Source: an uncultured Solibacteraceae bacterium
GTDB taxonomy: Bacteria; Acidobacteriota; Vicinamibacteria; Vicinamibacterales; SCN-69-37
Direction: 5' to 3'
Assembly (NCBI GenBank): GCA_964548865.1
Contig: CAZJTG010000005.1
Coordinates: 1-36,566 of the forward strand
DNA: 36,566 nt
Part shown: positions 8,495 through 16,796 of the stretch, in pieces
Layout: each line of letters starts with the position of its first letter
How positions within the stretch are numbered: position 1 is the first letter of the stretch
Notes under the pieces: generated by a model
Databases searched by the model: none
The model's input: the letters and a program-made list of their open reading frames with translations, nothing else
Told to the model about the DNA's origin: nothing
Translations under genes and position numbers: made by a program

Positions 8495-10336
8495 TCAACC
8501 TTCCATCTTCACCGGTTTCACGAGGTGATGTTTCGCGACGTCCTGATAGGCCCTGGCGAGAGCGAGCAGTTCCATTTCGCCGAACGGCCGCGCGAAGAAC
8601 GTGACATTCGTCGGTGTGCCCGCCGCCGTGAATCCGTTCGGGACGTTCACGGCCGGATAGCACGCGAGATTTGCCATCGTTGAATGCCGCTGCGCGGGTC
8701 CGCCGCCACCGCCCGGCCCGCCTCGGCCACCGCCGGCGCGACCGGCGGCTGGATCGCCGCCGCGTGCCGTCGCGGCACCCGTCGCACCCGCAACGCCCGG
8801 CTCCGGTTCGCCGGCCCGTCCCCCGCGCCCTCCCGCCCCAGCGCCGGCGTTCGACGCGACGAGGTACACATCCACGTCCTTCGTCGCGGCCGCGAGCTCC
8901 GTCATCATCATCATGCGGAGGCGCTGCTGCTGCAGGTACTCGACGGCTGGCAGCAGCCTCGCCGTCGGCCGGTTGGCGTTACCCATGCGCGAGCCGGTGA
9001 GCTTGCCGGCGCGACGCATCTCGTCGAAGTACACGAACGACTCCACGCCCAGGCTGGCGACGTTGGTCTGCGAGTTCGGGATCTTCATCTCGATGAACTT
9101 CGAGATACCGAGATTGCGCAGCGTGTTCAGGAGGTTCTCCGCGTTCGTCTTCGCGTCGGCGTTCGTCAGTTCGTCGAACGACTCCTTGATGTAACCGACG
9201 CGCAGCTTGCGGATATCCAGCCGGGCGTCCCAGTTCCACGGGATGTCGGACACGCTCATGTCGCGGCCGTCGAGCTTCGAGATGGCCTGCATGACCAACG
9301 CGGCATCTTCGGCGTAGCGCACCATGGGACCAATGCGGTCCTGGGTCCACGACAGGGCCATGATGCCGTAACGTGACACGCGGCCGAACGTCGGCCTGAG
9401 CGATGCGATGCCGCAGCGCGCGGCGGGGCTGAGGATCGATCCGCTCGTCTCCGATCCGATCGCGAACGCCACGCAGCCGGCAGCGGTCGCCGACGATGAG
9501 CCGGCCGACGATCCGCTGGAGCCCTGCGCGGGATCCCAGGGGCTGTTCGTGCGGCCGCCGAACCACATGTCACCCGCGGCGAGCTCGCCGGTCGAGAGCT
9601 TCGCCACGAGCACCGCGCCGGCATCGCGCAACTGCTCGACGACGGACGCGTCGTAGTCGAACACCTGTCCTTTGAGCGCCGCGGTGCCCCAGGTCGTCGG
9701 ATAGCCCTTCACCGAGATGATGTCCTTCGCGCCCCATGGAATCCCGTGCAGCGGCCCCTTGTACCTGCCCGCCGCGATCTCGGTGTCCGCCTGCTTTGCC
9801 TGCGCCATCGCCAGGTCGTCGAGGAACGTGACCACGAAGTTCAGCTTCGGGTTGTACTTGTGGAGGCGGGCGAGATACATCCCGGTGAGCTCGCGCGACG
9901 TGACCTGCCGCGTGCGCACGAGCTCCGCGAGATGCCGCACCGGCCAGAACGCGACGTCCTCGAGGTTCGAGGGCCGTCTGATCGAGGGAGCGACGCTCAT
10001 GCGGAACGGCAGCCGCGTCCGGTTGGGCTCGATGCCCGGCGCGAGCGCGCTGAAATGGAACGGCGGCGAGACGTCGAGCGGAATCGATATCTTCCGGACC
10101 TCTTCGAACCGCGTCAGGTTCTGATTCGCGCCGGCCACCATCGCCTGGATGTCGGCGTCCGGTACCTCGACGCCCTGCAGTTTCAGCGCTTCCTTGAGCA
10201 TCGCGGCGGTCACGCGCTGGGTGCCCTGATCCTGCATGCGCGCCCAGACGACACCGGGCACGAGCGTGGATCCCAGCCCGATGCTGGCGAAGTGGGTCAT
10301 GAACCGTCTGCGCGTGTCTTCAAGCGAATGCGGCAT
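8495..10336 (-). CDS. Tat-exported amidase-signature (GatA-family) amidase with Gly/Arg-rich insertion
   Basis: Tat leader DTRRRFMTHFASIGLGSTLVPGVVWA. AS-family motifs: GIPWGAKD, the Gly/Ser-rich signature GSSGSSAGSSSATAAG, and GSETSGSILSPA. A 53-aa G/R/A/P insert (~8693..8851) lies before the C-terminal NVPNGF block. Confidence 0.85.
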   Translation of the reverse strand: MPHSLEDTRRRFMTHFASIGLGSTLVPGVVWARMQDQGTQRVTAAMLKEALKLQGVEVPDADIQAMVAGANQNLTRFEEVRKISIPLDVSPPFHFSALAPGIEPNRTRLPFRMSVAPSIRRPSNLEDVAFWPVRHLAELVRTRQVTSRELTGMYLARLHKYNPKLNFVVTFLDDLAMAQAKQADTEIAAGRYKGPLHGIPWGAKDIISVKGYPTTWGTAALKGQVFDYDASVVEQLRDAGAVLVAKLSTGELAAGDMWFGGRTNSPWDPAQGSSGSSAGSSSATAAGCVAFAIGSETSGSILSPAARCGIASLRPTFGRVSRYGIMALSWTQDRIGPMVRYAEDAALVMQAISKLDGRDMSVSDIPWNWDARLDIRKLRVGYIKESFDELTNADAKTNAENLLNTLRNLGISKFIEMKIPNSQTNVASLGVESFVYFDEMRRAGKLTGSRMGNANRPTARLLPAVEYLQQQRLRMMMMTELAAATKDVDVYLVASNAGAGAGGRGGRAGEPEPGVAGATGAATARGGDPAAGRAGGGRGGPGGGGGPAQRHSTMANLACYPAVNVPNGFTAAGTPTNVTFFARPFGEMELLALARAYQDVAKHHLVKPVKMEG

Positions 10337-10379
10337 TGTGGGGACCTCGGTGGGCGAATTCTATCGCTGTCTTTTCCCT

Positions 10380-10482
10380 CAAACACACACGGAGATCGGT
10401 AAGGCAACATGGAGATCACCAAGGTCCCAAAAACCAAGCCTTGGTGGTCTTTCTTGTGCTTGGTGGTCTCTGTGTGTGTTTG
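10380..10482. repeat. ~103-nt nested-palindrome intergenic repeat element (copy A)
   Basis: Two forward units (CACACACGGAGATCGGTAAGG and GGAGATCACCAAGG) are followed by two reverse units (CCTTGGTGGTCT and CTTGGTGGTCTCTGTGTGTGTTTG). The 18-mer CAAACACACACGGAGATC is identical to copy B. Confidence 0.6.
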
Positions 10483-10490
10483 AAGCGGCC

Positions 10491-12488
10491 CTACCGCACG
10501 ACCCGGAACGCCAGCAGCTTCTGAATCTTCTCGCCCGAGGCGGTCACGGTCGCTTCAATGACGTAGTCGCCGTCTGCCAGGGGCGCCAGGATTACATCGG
10601 CGGCGAGCACGGTGCGGCCGCCGTCGACGCGTTCCACGAGTGTGACGGGCACCGGCATGGCGTCGCCCCGGCGGCTGAGCAGCCGGGCGGTGCGATCGTC
10701 GATGGGCTTCGAGAGCGTCCACTCGACGCGCACGCGCTCGGTGCGGAAGAACTTGAAATCCGCGACCGGGCGGAGCGGCGAGCGCGGGCCCGCGCCGCCT
10801 CGAAAAACCGTCGGCTCGCCGATCCAGGCGACCGGCGCCGGCGACGCGAGAGCGATCTCGTCATCCAGCGGTTCCTCGCCGCCCTCGACGCGCGCGCGAA
10901 TGCGCCAACCCTGGGCGCCGGCTTCGGTCGATGGCACTTTCACCAGGACGCCACGCATGCCCGGCTCGAGGCTGGCCTCCGCCCTCGCTTCTCCCGTGCC
11001 GCCACCCTTCGGCGAAATGCGCACCGTCACCGTCCCGCCCGTCGGCCGGCGCGACATCTCCGCGGCCGCAAGCTCGACCACGACGTCGAAGCCCGAGGGC
11101 GCGACGACGGCCGACGTGTAGAGACGCGCGTCGGCGCGCAAGCGCGACAGGCGGCCGAGCTCGAGATCGACTGCGGTCGTTTCGCGGATTGGTCTCGAGG
11201 CCGCTTCGAGTTCGGCTTTCCGCATCTCGGCCGTGGGCGCGTAATAGCCACGACGCGCGCTGACTTTCACGCCAGGCTGCTTCACTTTTACGTCGATCCG
11301 GCGGAACCTGCCGTCGGCCTCGCCGTTGCTGGAGTAATAGCCGAGCAGGTAGAACGCCGAGAGCTCGTCGGCGATCCGGCGAACGCCGGCGACCAGGTCG
11401 TTCGTGCTGGTCACAGCCCTGCCGTCGGTTCCCGACGCCAGATCGCGCAGCATCTCGACCGGAGCCATGTTCAGCGGCACGCCGCCCGTCGGCGCGCGCA
11501 GTCCTCCCACGTCGATCGGATAGAACGCCACGTTCGCCCGGACCGCCCGGTTGACGAGCTCGCGAAAGCGCGTCGCGTAGTCGATGCCGGAATACGCGGC
11601 GTATTGCGCGTCGCACCACGCGCGGTCAGAGTCGCCGCTCATGCTCGTGCCCATCCCGAGCCGGCCGGTGGGGCCGACGCCGATCGTCGGCGTGCTCGGA
11701 TACGCCGACCTCGAGGCCCCGACGCGCGCCGCGGGCAGCGACCAGCCCTCCGAGATGAACAGGATGTTCTTGCGCTCGTCGCGCAGCCCGCCGAGACGGT
11801 CGATCATCTGTTCGACGCTTCGCACCGTCTGATCCTTCCGGTAGGCCCTCACGAGCGCCTCGCCGTCGGTGCCGCAGACCATCAACCGGCCTTCGTACTG
11901 ATTCCTCGGAGTAACGATCTTCCGATCGGGCCCTTCGGCCCAGTCCCCGTGCTTCCGGAGTTCCGCGTCGAGCGTCTCCGAACGGCGGGCGAACGTCAGC
12001 GCCGTGACCGGCAGCTCAGGCGTCATCACCGCGAAGAGATCGTGCTGGCCGATCGACCGGTTCAGAAACTCGACGATCGGCGCGCGCGCGTAGTTGCCGC
12101 CGAAGAGCGTGGTGTTGAAGATGTCCAGGTACACGACGAACACGCGATTCCGCGGATCGGCGGCCTGCCGGTTGCTGTCGGCGATCGACGTGGGATCCCG
12201 TCGCTCATCGTCCGATGTAATCGGCGAGACTCGGATGAACTCGAACTGCTCGACCGACTGCGGCTTGCCGTCTTCGGAGATCTCGAAGTCGGCCTTGGTC
12301 AGTCCCTCGACGACCTTCTCGTCCTTCCGCGGATAGGCATCGACGGACACGAAAACCGCCCCGGACCTGAAGACAGGGCGCTGTTGAGACTGCGGGGGCG
12401 ACTGCGGAACCGGAGTGTGGGCGGCGCCGGCCGCCAGAGTGGCGACGGCAATCACGCACGAAAGCAGCACGACAGAGCGTCGCTTCAT
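10491..12488 (-). CDS. VWA-domain protein of the Acidobacterial TIGR03436 type, secreted
   Basis: Signal peptide MKRRSVVLLSCVIAVATLAAGAA. N-terminal block FRSGAVFVSVDAYPRKDEKVVEGLTKADFEISEDGKPQSVEQFEF is typical of this family. VWA-like VFVVYLD...FISEG region. The ATG at 12488 was chosen. Confidence 0.8.
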   Translation of the reverse strand: MKRRSVVLLSCVIAVATLAAGAAHTPVPQSPPQSQQRPVFRSGAVFVSVDAYPRKDEKVVEGLTKADFEISEDGKPQSVEQFEFIRVSPITSDDERRDPTSIADSNRQAADPRNRVFVVYLDIFNTTLFGGNYARAPIVEFLNRSIGQHDLFAVMTPELPVTALTFARRSETLDAELRKHGDWAEGPDRKIVTPRNQYEGRLMVCGTDGEALVRAYRKDQTVRSVEQMIDRLGGLRDERKNILFISEGWSLPAARVGASRSAYPSTPTIGVGPTGRLGMGTSMSGDSDRAWCDAQYAAYSGIDYATRFRELVNRAVRANVAFYPIDVGGLRAPTGGVPLNMAPVEMLRDLASGTDGRAVTSTNDLVAGVRRIADELSAFYLLGYYSSNGEADGRFRRIDVKVKQPGVKVSARRGYYAPTAEMRKAELEAASRPIRETTAVDLELGRLSRLRADARLYTSAVVAPSGFDVVVELAAAEMSRRPTGGTVTVRISPKGGGTGEARAEASLEPGMRGVLVKVPSTEAGAQGWRIRARVEGGEEPLDDEIALASPAPVAWIGEPTVFRGGAGPRSPLRPVADFKFFRTERVRVEWTLSKPIDDRTARLLSRRGDAMPVPVTLVERVDGGRTVLAADVILAPLADGDYVIEATVTASGEKIQKLLAFRVVR

Positions 12489-12530
12489 CAAAAACCTGAC
12501 TTTCGGGCGCTGGCAGAGAGAGCTTAGCCG

Positions 12531-12633
12531 CAAACACACACGGAGATCACCAAGGGACGGCGAGACCACAGAGCCATGGTTTTCAAGCCCAATCCTTGGT
12601 GATCTCCCTGTGTCTTAGTGGTCTCCGTGTGTG
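12531..12633. repeat. ~103-nt nested-palindrome intergenic repeat element (copy B)
   Basis: ACACACGGAGATCACCAAGG (12536..12555) pairs with CCTTGGTGATCTCCCTGTGT (12594..12613) at 19/20. The outer unit GTGGTCTCCGTGTGTG (12618..12633) is the reverse complement of CACACACGGAGACCAC. Confidence 0.6.
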
Positions 12634-12648
12634 CCTGGGACCGTGTCG

Positions 12649-13671
12649 CTACAGAATCTGCCGCGCGAGACGCTTGCGGAGTTCCCGCGTGTCATCCCCT
12701 CGGAGGTCCCGCAGGGCGTACGTGACGAGCGGCCGGATCATCTTCTTGCGCCAGACCAGCTCGTAGTCCGTGTTGTCCATCGGCTTGCCGAGCGTGTAGG
12801 CGGCGTCCGCGGCCGCGGTGATCAGCTCGTCGGTCAGCCGCTGGCCGCGAAGGAGTTCCGCGGCGGCGGGGATACCCAGCGGCCGCGATGCCACGGCGCC
12901 GAGGACGATGCGGATGTCTTCGACCGTGCCGCCGGGATCGATGCGGCCGGCGACAGCCACCGAGGCGACCGGGAAGTCGAACGAACCGCGGCGGCGAAGC
13001 TTCCAGTACGCGCTGCGCCGGCCGTGGATGTCCGGGACCGTGACGTCCACAAGAATCTCGTCGGGCCGGCGCGTGAGGTAGTGCATGCCGTCGTTGGCGT
13101 ACAGGTCACTGACGGCGATGGTGCGCTCACCGCGCGCGGACATCAGCCGCACGCGCGCGTCGAGTGCCTGCAGCATCGGCGCAGTATCGGTGGACGACAC
13201 CGCGAGGCACTTGGGGCTCGACGTCGCCACCCAGCACGTGTCGCCATCCTTCTTCATGCAGAAGCTGATGGCCTGCCGCCATTCGTAGCTCTGGTCGTAG
13301 TACGTGCAGCGCGTGTCGAGGCAGAGGTTGCCGCCCACCGTGGCCATGTTGCGCAGATGCGGTGTCGCGACTTGCGCGGCGGCCTGCCAGAGACCAGAGC
13401 AGACCGCGCGGAGTTCCTCGTTGCGGACAATCGACGTCAGCGTCGCCATCGCGCCGACGCGAAGGTCACCGTTCAGCGACGCGCCGTGGAGTTCCTGCAC
13501 GCCCCGCAGGCCGACAACGACTTTCGGCACCTGCTGGCGGCGCTTCATGTTGGGCAGCAGGTCGGTTCCACCGGCGAGCAGCATCGTCTCGGCCGGCGCC
13601 TTGGCGAGGTGATCCGCGGCCTCGGCAAGGGAGCGGGCGCCGATGTAGTTGAAGCGGGGAAGCCTTATCAC
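12649..13671 (-). CDS. FAD-binding (medium/beta) subunit of a xanthine-dehydrogenase-family molybdoenzyme, with Cys-rich insertion (HcrB-like)
   Basis: GTG start in a GTGA overlap with the stop of the upstream subunit. FAD motifs LLAGGTDLLP and ATVGGNL are followed by the insertion C-LDTR-C-X15-C-X7-C-X8-C. The CO-dehydrogenase flavoprotein C-terminal region is present. Only the last 340 codons of track ORF 12649..15138 are real. Confidence 0.8.
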   Translation of the reverse strand: MIRLPRFNYIGARSLAEAADHLAKAPAETMLLAGGTDLLPNMKRRQQVPKVVVGLRGVQELHGASLNGDLRVGAMATLTSIVRNEELRAVCSGLWQAAAQVATPHLRNMATVGGNLCLDTRCTYYDQSYEWRQAISFCMKKDGDTCWVATSSPKCLAVSSTDTAPMLQALDARVRLMSARGERTIAVSDLYANDGMHYLTRRPDEILVDVTVPDIHGRRSAYWKLRRRGSFDFPVASVAVAGRIDPGGTVEDIRIVLGAVASRPLGIPAAAELLRGQRLTDELITAAADAAYTLGKPMDNTDYELVWRKKMIRPLVTYALRDLRGDDTRELRKRLARQIL

Positions 13672-16154
13672 TTGGCACCCATCTGCGACTTCAACGCCGC
13701 CTTGGCCTCGACGCCGGCGTCCACTGCGCGGCCCGTCGGCGCCTGAGGCGGATTCGACGCGCGGCCGTCGCCACCCTCCCACGGCGGCGTGACTCTCACC
13801 GGATCCGGCCACGGCACGGCGGGGAATTCTCCCGGGCCGACGCGCGCCACTTTGCCAGACGCCTTGAGCGCGAGGGCCCTCAGGATCTTCTCGGGCGTGA
13901 CCGGCACTTCGTCGATGCGCACGCCGACGGCATCGTAGACGGCGTTTGCGACCGCCGGCATGATTGGCAGGAGCGGGCCCTGTCCGACTTCCTTCGCGCC
14001 AAACGGTCCGGCCGGATCTGGATGCTCGACGAGTTCCGTAAAAATCTCCGGCATGTCGAGGCTCGTCGGACTCTTGTATTCGAGGATCGACGGGAACTTG
14101 TGCACGAGCGCATGCGACAGGCGCGCGGGAAGACGCCGGAACGCCTGCTCCTCCATGAGGGCTTCGCCGAGGCCCATGTAGACGCTGCCCTCGACCTGCC
14201 CGCGCGCGAGCGTCGGATTGATCGCGCGGCCGATGTCGTGGGCGATCCAGACGCGCGGCACGACGATCCAGCCGGTGTCTGGATCGACCTCCACTTCGAC
14301 GACGGCCGCGGTGTACGAGTACGTTGGCGAGGGACCCACGCCGCCGCCCTTGAATCGCGCCGGCGATTTTGGCGGCGTGTACGAGCCGGTCGTGCCGATC
14401 GATCCGAATTTCGCCTCGGCCACGCAGACAGCTTCCTGAAACGTCATGCCCTTCGACGGATCGGACGCGTCGAACACGCGGCGATCGGCCAGCACGACGT
14501 TCTCCTCTGGAATCCTCAGGCGTTCGGCGACGGACTTGGCGATGAGATCGCGGGCGCGTTCGGCGGCCTGAATCGCCGCGTTGCCCATCATCAGCGTCAC
14601 GCGGCTCGAGTACGAGCCGAGATCGACCGGTGTCAGATCGGTGTCGCCGGTGACGGCTCTCACGTCGATCGGTGGAATTCCGAGGACCTCCGCCACGCAT
14701 GCCACCAGGACGTCGTCCGATCCCTGTCCGATCTCGGTGGCACCGCAGAATGCCGTGACGCCGCCGCTGCGATCCAGTTTGAGGTGCACCGCCGAGTGCG
14801 GCAGATCGTTCCAGTTGATCGGGAGACCGGCGCCGGAGAGGTACGAGGAACAGGCAAGCCCGAAGCCGCGACCGTAGGGCAGCTTGCCGTGCTTGTCCCG
14901 CCAGCCGGAACTGGCGACGACCTTCGTGATGCACTCGGCGAGACCGATCGTTCCGACACGCAGATAGTTGGCGGTCAGTGAATCCGGTGGCGCGACGATG
15001 TTGAGGCGGAGATCGGCGGGGTCGATCGACAGGGCGTGCGCGATCTTGTCGAGCTGGACCTCCTGTCCAAAGCGCGCCTGCGGCGTGCCGTGGCCACGCT
15101 TGGGCCCGCACGGTGGCTTGTTCGTGAACACGCGGCAACCCCGAAAGCGGTACCGCGGAATCTCATACGTCACCGTCTGGAGCGCGCCGGTATAGAACGT
15201 GCTGGCCGCGCCGTACGAGCCGTACGAGCCGCCGTCGAGCAGGGTCTGCAGATCGACGCCGGTGATGCGGCCGTCGTTCGTGACGCCCGTGCGGAAGCGC
15301 ATCAGCACGGGATGTCGGCCGCGATGGCAGTAGAAGACTTCCTCGCGGGTGAGGCAGAACTTCACGGGCCGGTCGAGCATCAGCGCGGCCTTCGAGGCCA
15401 CGACCTCGTGGTTGAACGGATCGCTCTTGCCGCCGAACCCGCCGCCGTTCGGTGTCGCGACCACGCGGATATGAGCGGCGGGCATGGCGAGCGCCTTCGC
15501 GAGCGCGCGATGCACGTAGTGCGGCGTCTGCGTGGACGAGTACAGGACGAGCTTGCCGTCCGGATCTTTCAGGGCGACGCAGGCATGCTGCTCGAGCGGG
15601 AGGTGCGTGTTGCCCTCGAAGAAGAACGTGTCGTCGAACACGCGGTCGGCGCCGGCGATCGCTTCTTCGATGTCGCCGAACTCGAGTGCGACGACCTTGT
15701 GGATGTTACCCACGTCGCCGTAGTCGTGAATACGCGGTTCGGGCCGCGCGAGGCTCTCCTCGGGCGTGGCGAACGTCGGCAGCACCTCGTACTCGACGCG
15801 GATGTGTTCGAGCGCGTCGTTGGCGGTGGCTTCGTCGGCCGCGATGACGGCGGCCACAGGATCTCCGACAAAACGAACCACATCCAGGCACAGCGCGTGC
15901 TCGTCGTGGCTGACCGGCAGAATGCCGTAGGGAATCGGCAGCGCCGAGCCTGTGAGCACCAGGTGCACACCCGGCTGCGCCTCGACCTTCGACGTATCGA
16001 TGTTCAGGATGCGCGCGTGCGGATGCGGCGAGCGGAGCAGCTTGCCGTGCAGCATGCGCGGAAACACGAGGTCATCCGCGAACTTCGTCTGGCCGGTGAC
16101 CTTTGCGCGACCGTCGACGCGGCGGCGGGGTGAGCCGATGACGCGCATGGTCAT
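13668..16154 (-). CDS. Molybdopterin-binding (large/alpha) subunit of a xanthine-dehydrogenase/aldehyde-oxidase-family enzyme (HcrA-like)
   Basis: N-terminal block RVIGSPRRRVDGRAKVTGQTKFADD...HGKLLRSPHPHARI, then GGGFGGK, EIGQG and GAKEVGQGPL motifs. The ATG at 16154 forms an ATGA overlap with the 2Fe-2S subunit stop. Confidence 0.85.
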   Translation of the reverse strand: MTMRVIGSPRRRVDGRAKVTGQTKFADDLVFPRMLHGKLLRSPHPHARILNIDTSKVEAQPGVHLVLTGSALPIPYGILPVSHDEHALCLDVVRFVGDPVAAVIAADEATANDALEHIRVEYEVLPTFATPEESLARPEPRIHDYGDVGNIHKVVALEFGDIEEAIAGADRVFDDTFFFEGNTHLPLEQHACVALKDPDGKLVLYSSTQTPHYVHRALAKALAMPAAHIRVVATPNGGGFGGKSDPFNHEVVASKAALMLDRPVKFCLTREEVFYCHRGRHPVLMRFRTGVTNDGRITGVDLQTLLDGGSYGSYGAASTFYTGALQTVTYEIPRYRFRGCRVFTNKPPCGPKRGHGTPQARFGQEVQLDKIAHALSIDPADLRLNIVAPPDSLTANYLRVGTIGLAECITKVVASSGWRDKHGKLPYGRGFGLACSSYLSGAGLPINWNDLPHSAVHLKLDRSGGVTAFCGATEIGQGSDDVLVACVAEVLGIPPIDVRAVTGDTDLTPVDLGSYSSRVTLMMGNAAIQAAERARDLIAKSVAERLRIPEENVVLADRRVFDASDPSKGMTFQEAVCVAEAKFGSIGTTGSYTPPKSPARFKGGGVGPSPTYSYTAAVVEVEVDPDTGWIVVPRVWIAHDIGRAINPTLARGQVEGSVYMGLGEALMEEQAFRRLPARLSHALVHKFPSILEYKSPTSLDMPEIFTELVEHPDPAGPFGAKEVGQGPLLPIMPAVANAVYDAVGVRIDEVPVTPEKILRALALKASGKVARVGPGEFPAVPWPDPVRVTPPWEGGDGRASNPPQAPTGRAVDAGVEAKAALKSQMGAK

Positions 16155-16708
16155 GGCTCGCGCCTTCTTTTTTCCAGTTCGCCTGGGGCCCCACCCCCAG
16201 GCGCTTGTCCACTGACGCTCGGCGCCCTCACTACGTTCGGGGCCTCGCAATGTCGCGCCGCCGCTTCCACGGCCTCAATAATCTGGTGATACCCCGTGCA
16301 GCGGCAGAGATTCCCTGACAGCGCTTCGCGAATGCGGTCCGGCGTCGGATTGGGCTCGCGGTCGAGGAGCGCCTTGGCCGTGACGAGGATCCCCGGCGTG
16401 CAGTAGCCGCATTGCGCCGCGCCGCGATCCGCGAACTCTTCCTGCAGCGGATGCAGCCGGCCGTCGAGGACGAGGCCCTCGACGGTCGTCACCGCGCGGC
16501 CGTCGCATTCGGCGCCGAGCGTCAGGCACGACAGGACGGGCTCGCCATCGAGGAGCACAGCACACGCGCCGCACTCGCCGAGCTCGCAGCCGTGCTTGGT
16601 TCCGGGAAGATTGAGATCCTCCCGCAACACTTCGAGCAATGTCTTGTAGTCCTCGACCAGGACGTCGGCCGGCTCGCCGTTGACAACAAGGGAAAGTCTG
16701 AGCTTCAT
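16151..16708 (-). CDS. [2Fe-2S]-binding (small/gamma) subunit of the molybdoenzyme (HcrC/CoxS-like)
   Basis: Plant-type ferredoxin motif C-ELGE-C-GA-C...C, plus the second cluster motif QCGYCTPG...CRCTGY. First gene of the three-gene minus-strand operon. Confidence 0.9.
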   Translation of the reverse strand: MKLRLSLVVNGEPADVLVEDYKTLLEVLREDLNLPGTKHGCELGECGACAVLLDGEPVLSCLTLGAECDGRAVTTVEGLVLDGRLHPLQEEFADRGAAQCGYCTPGILVTAKALLDREPNPTPDRIREALSGNLCRCTGYHQIIEAVEAAARHCEAPNVVRAPSVSGQAPGGGAPGELEKRRREP

Positions 16709-16796
16709 CTACGCCGCGCGATAGGAGTCGCGCTCTCGGATGCTAGCACCAGTTGCCTTGCAATTCCCTCGGCCGGCAAAGGAAGATCGGCGGACG

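Noticed and set aside
10236-12527. 763-aa plus-strand ORF covering the VWA gene
   Set aside because: The translation is dominated by R/A/G/D/H runs with no domain signature. The minus-strand frame gives a clean signal peptide and TIGR03436-like blocks.
10380-12633. CRISPR array hypothesis for the CACACGGAGATC repeats
   Set aside because: The units are only ~14-20 nt, occur in both orientations as nested palindromes, have no regular repeat-spacer periodicity, and no cas genes are present.
10380-12633. Composite transposon hypothesis (VWA gene flanked by two repeat elements)
   Set aside because: There is no transposase or integrase, and I could find no target-site duplication. Both elements sit in ordinary intergenic gaps, like REP-type elements. 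The VWA gene is a typical core gene of the lineage.
13672-15138. Upstream 489 codons of the 829-aa track ORF 12649..15138
   Set aside because: This part overlaps the Mo-subunit gene out of frame and is Arg-rich nonsense. Only the last 340 codons, from the GTG at 13671, form the FAD-binding subunit.
16742-16765. Sigma54-like sequence TAGCACCAGTTGCCTTGCAA upstream of DUF885
   Set aside because: It lacks the invariant GG dinucleotide at -24 (AG instead), and the spacing to TTGC does not fit the consensus.
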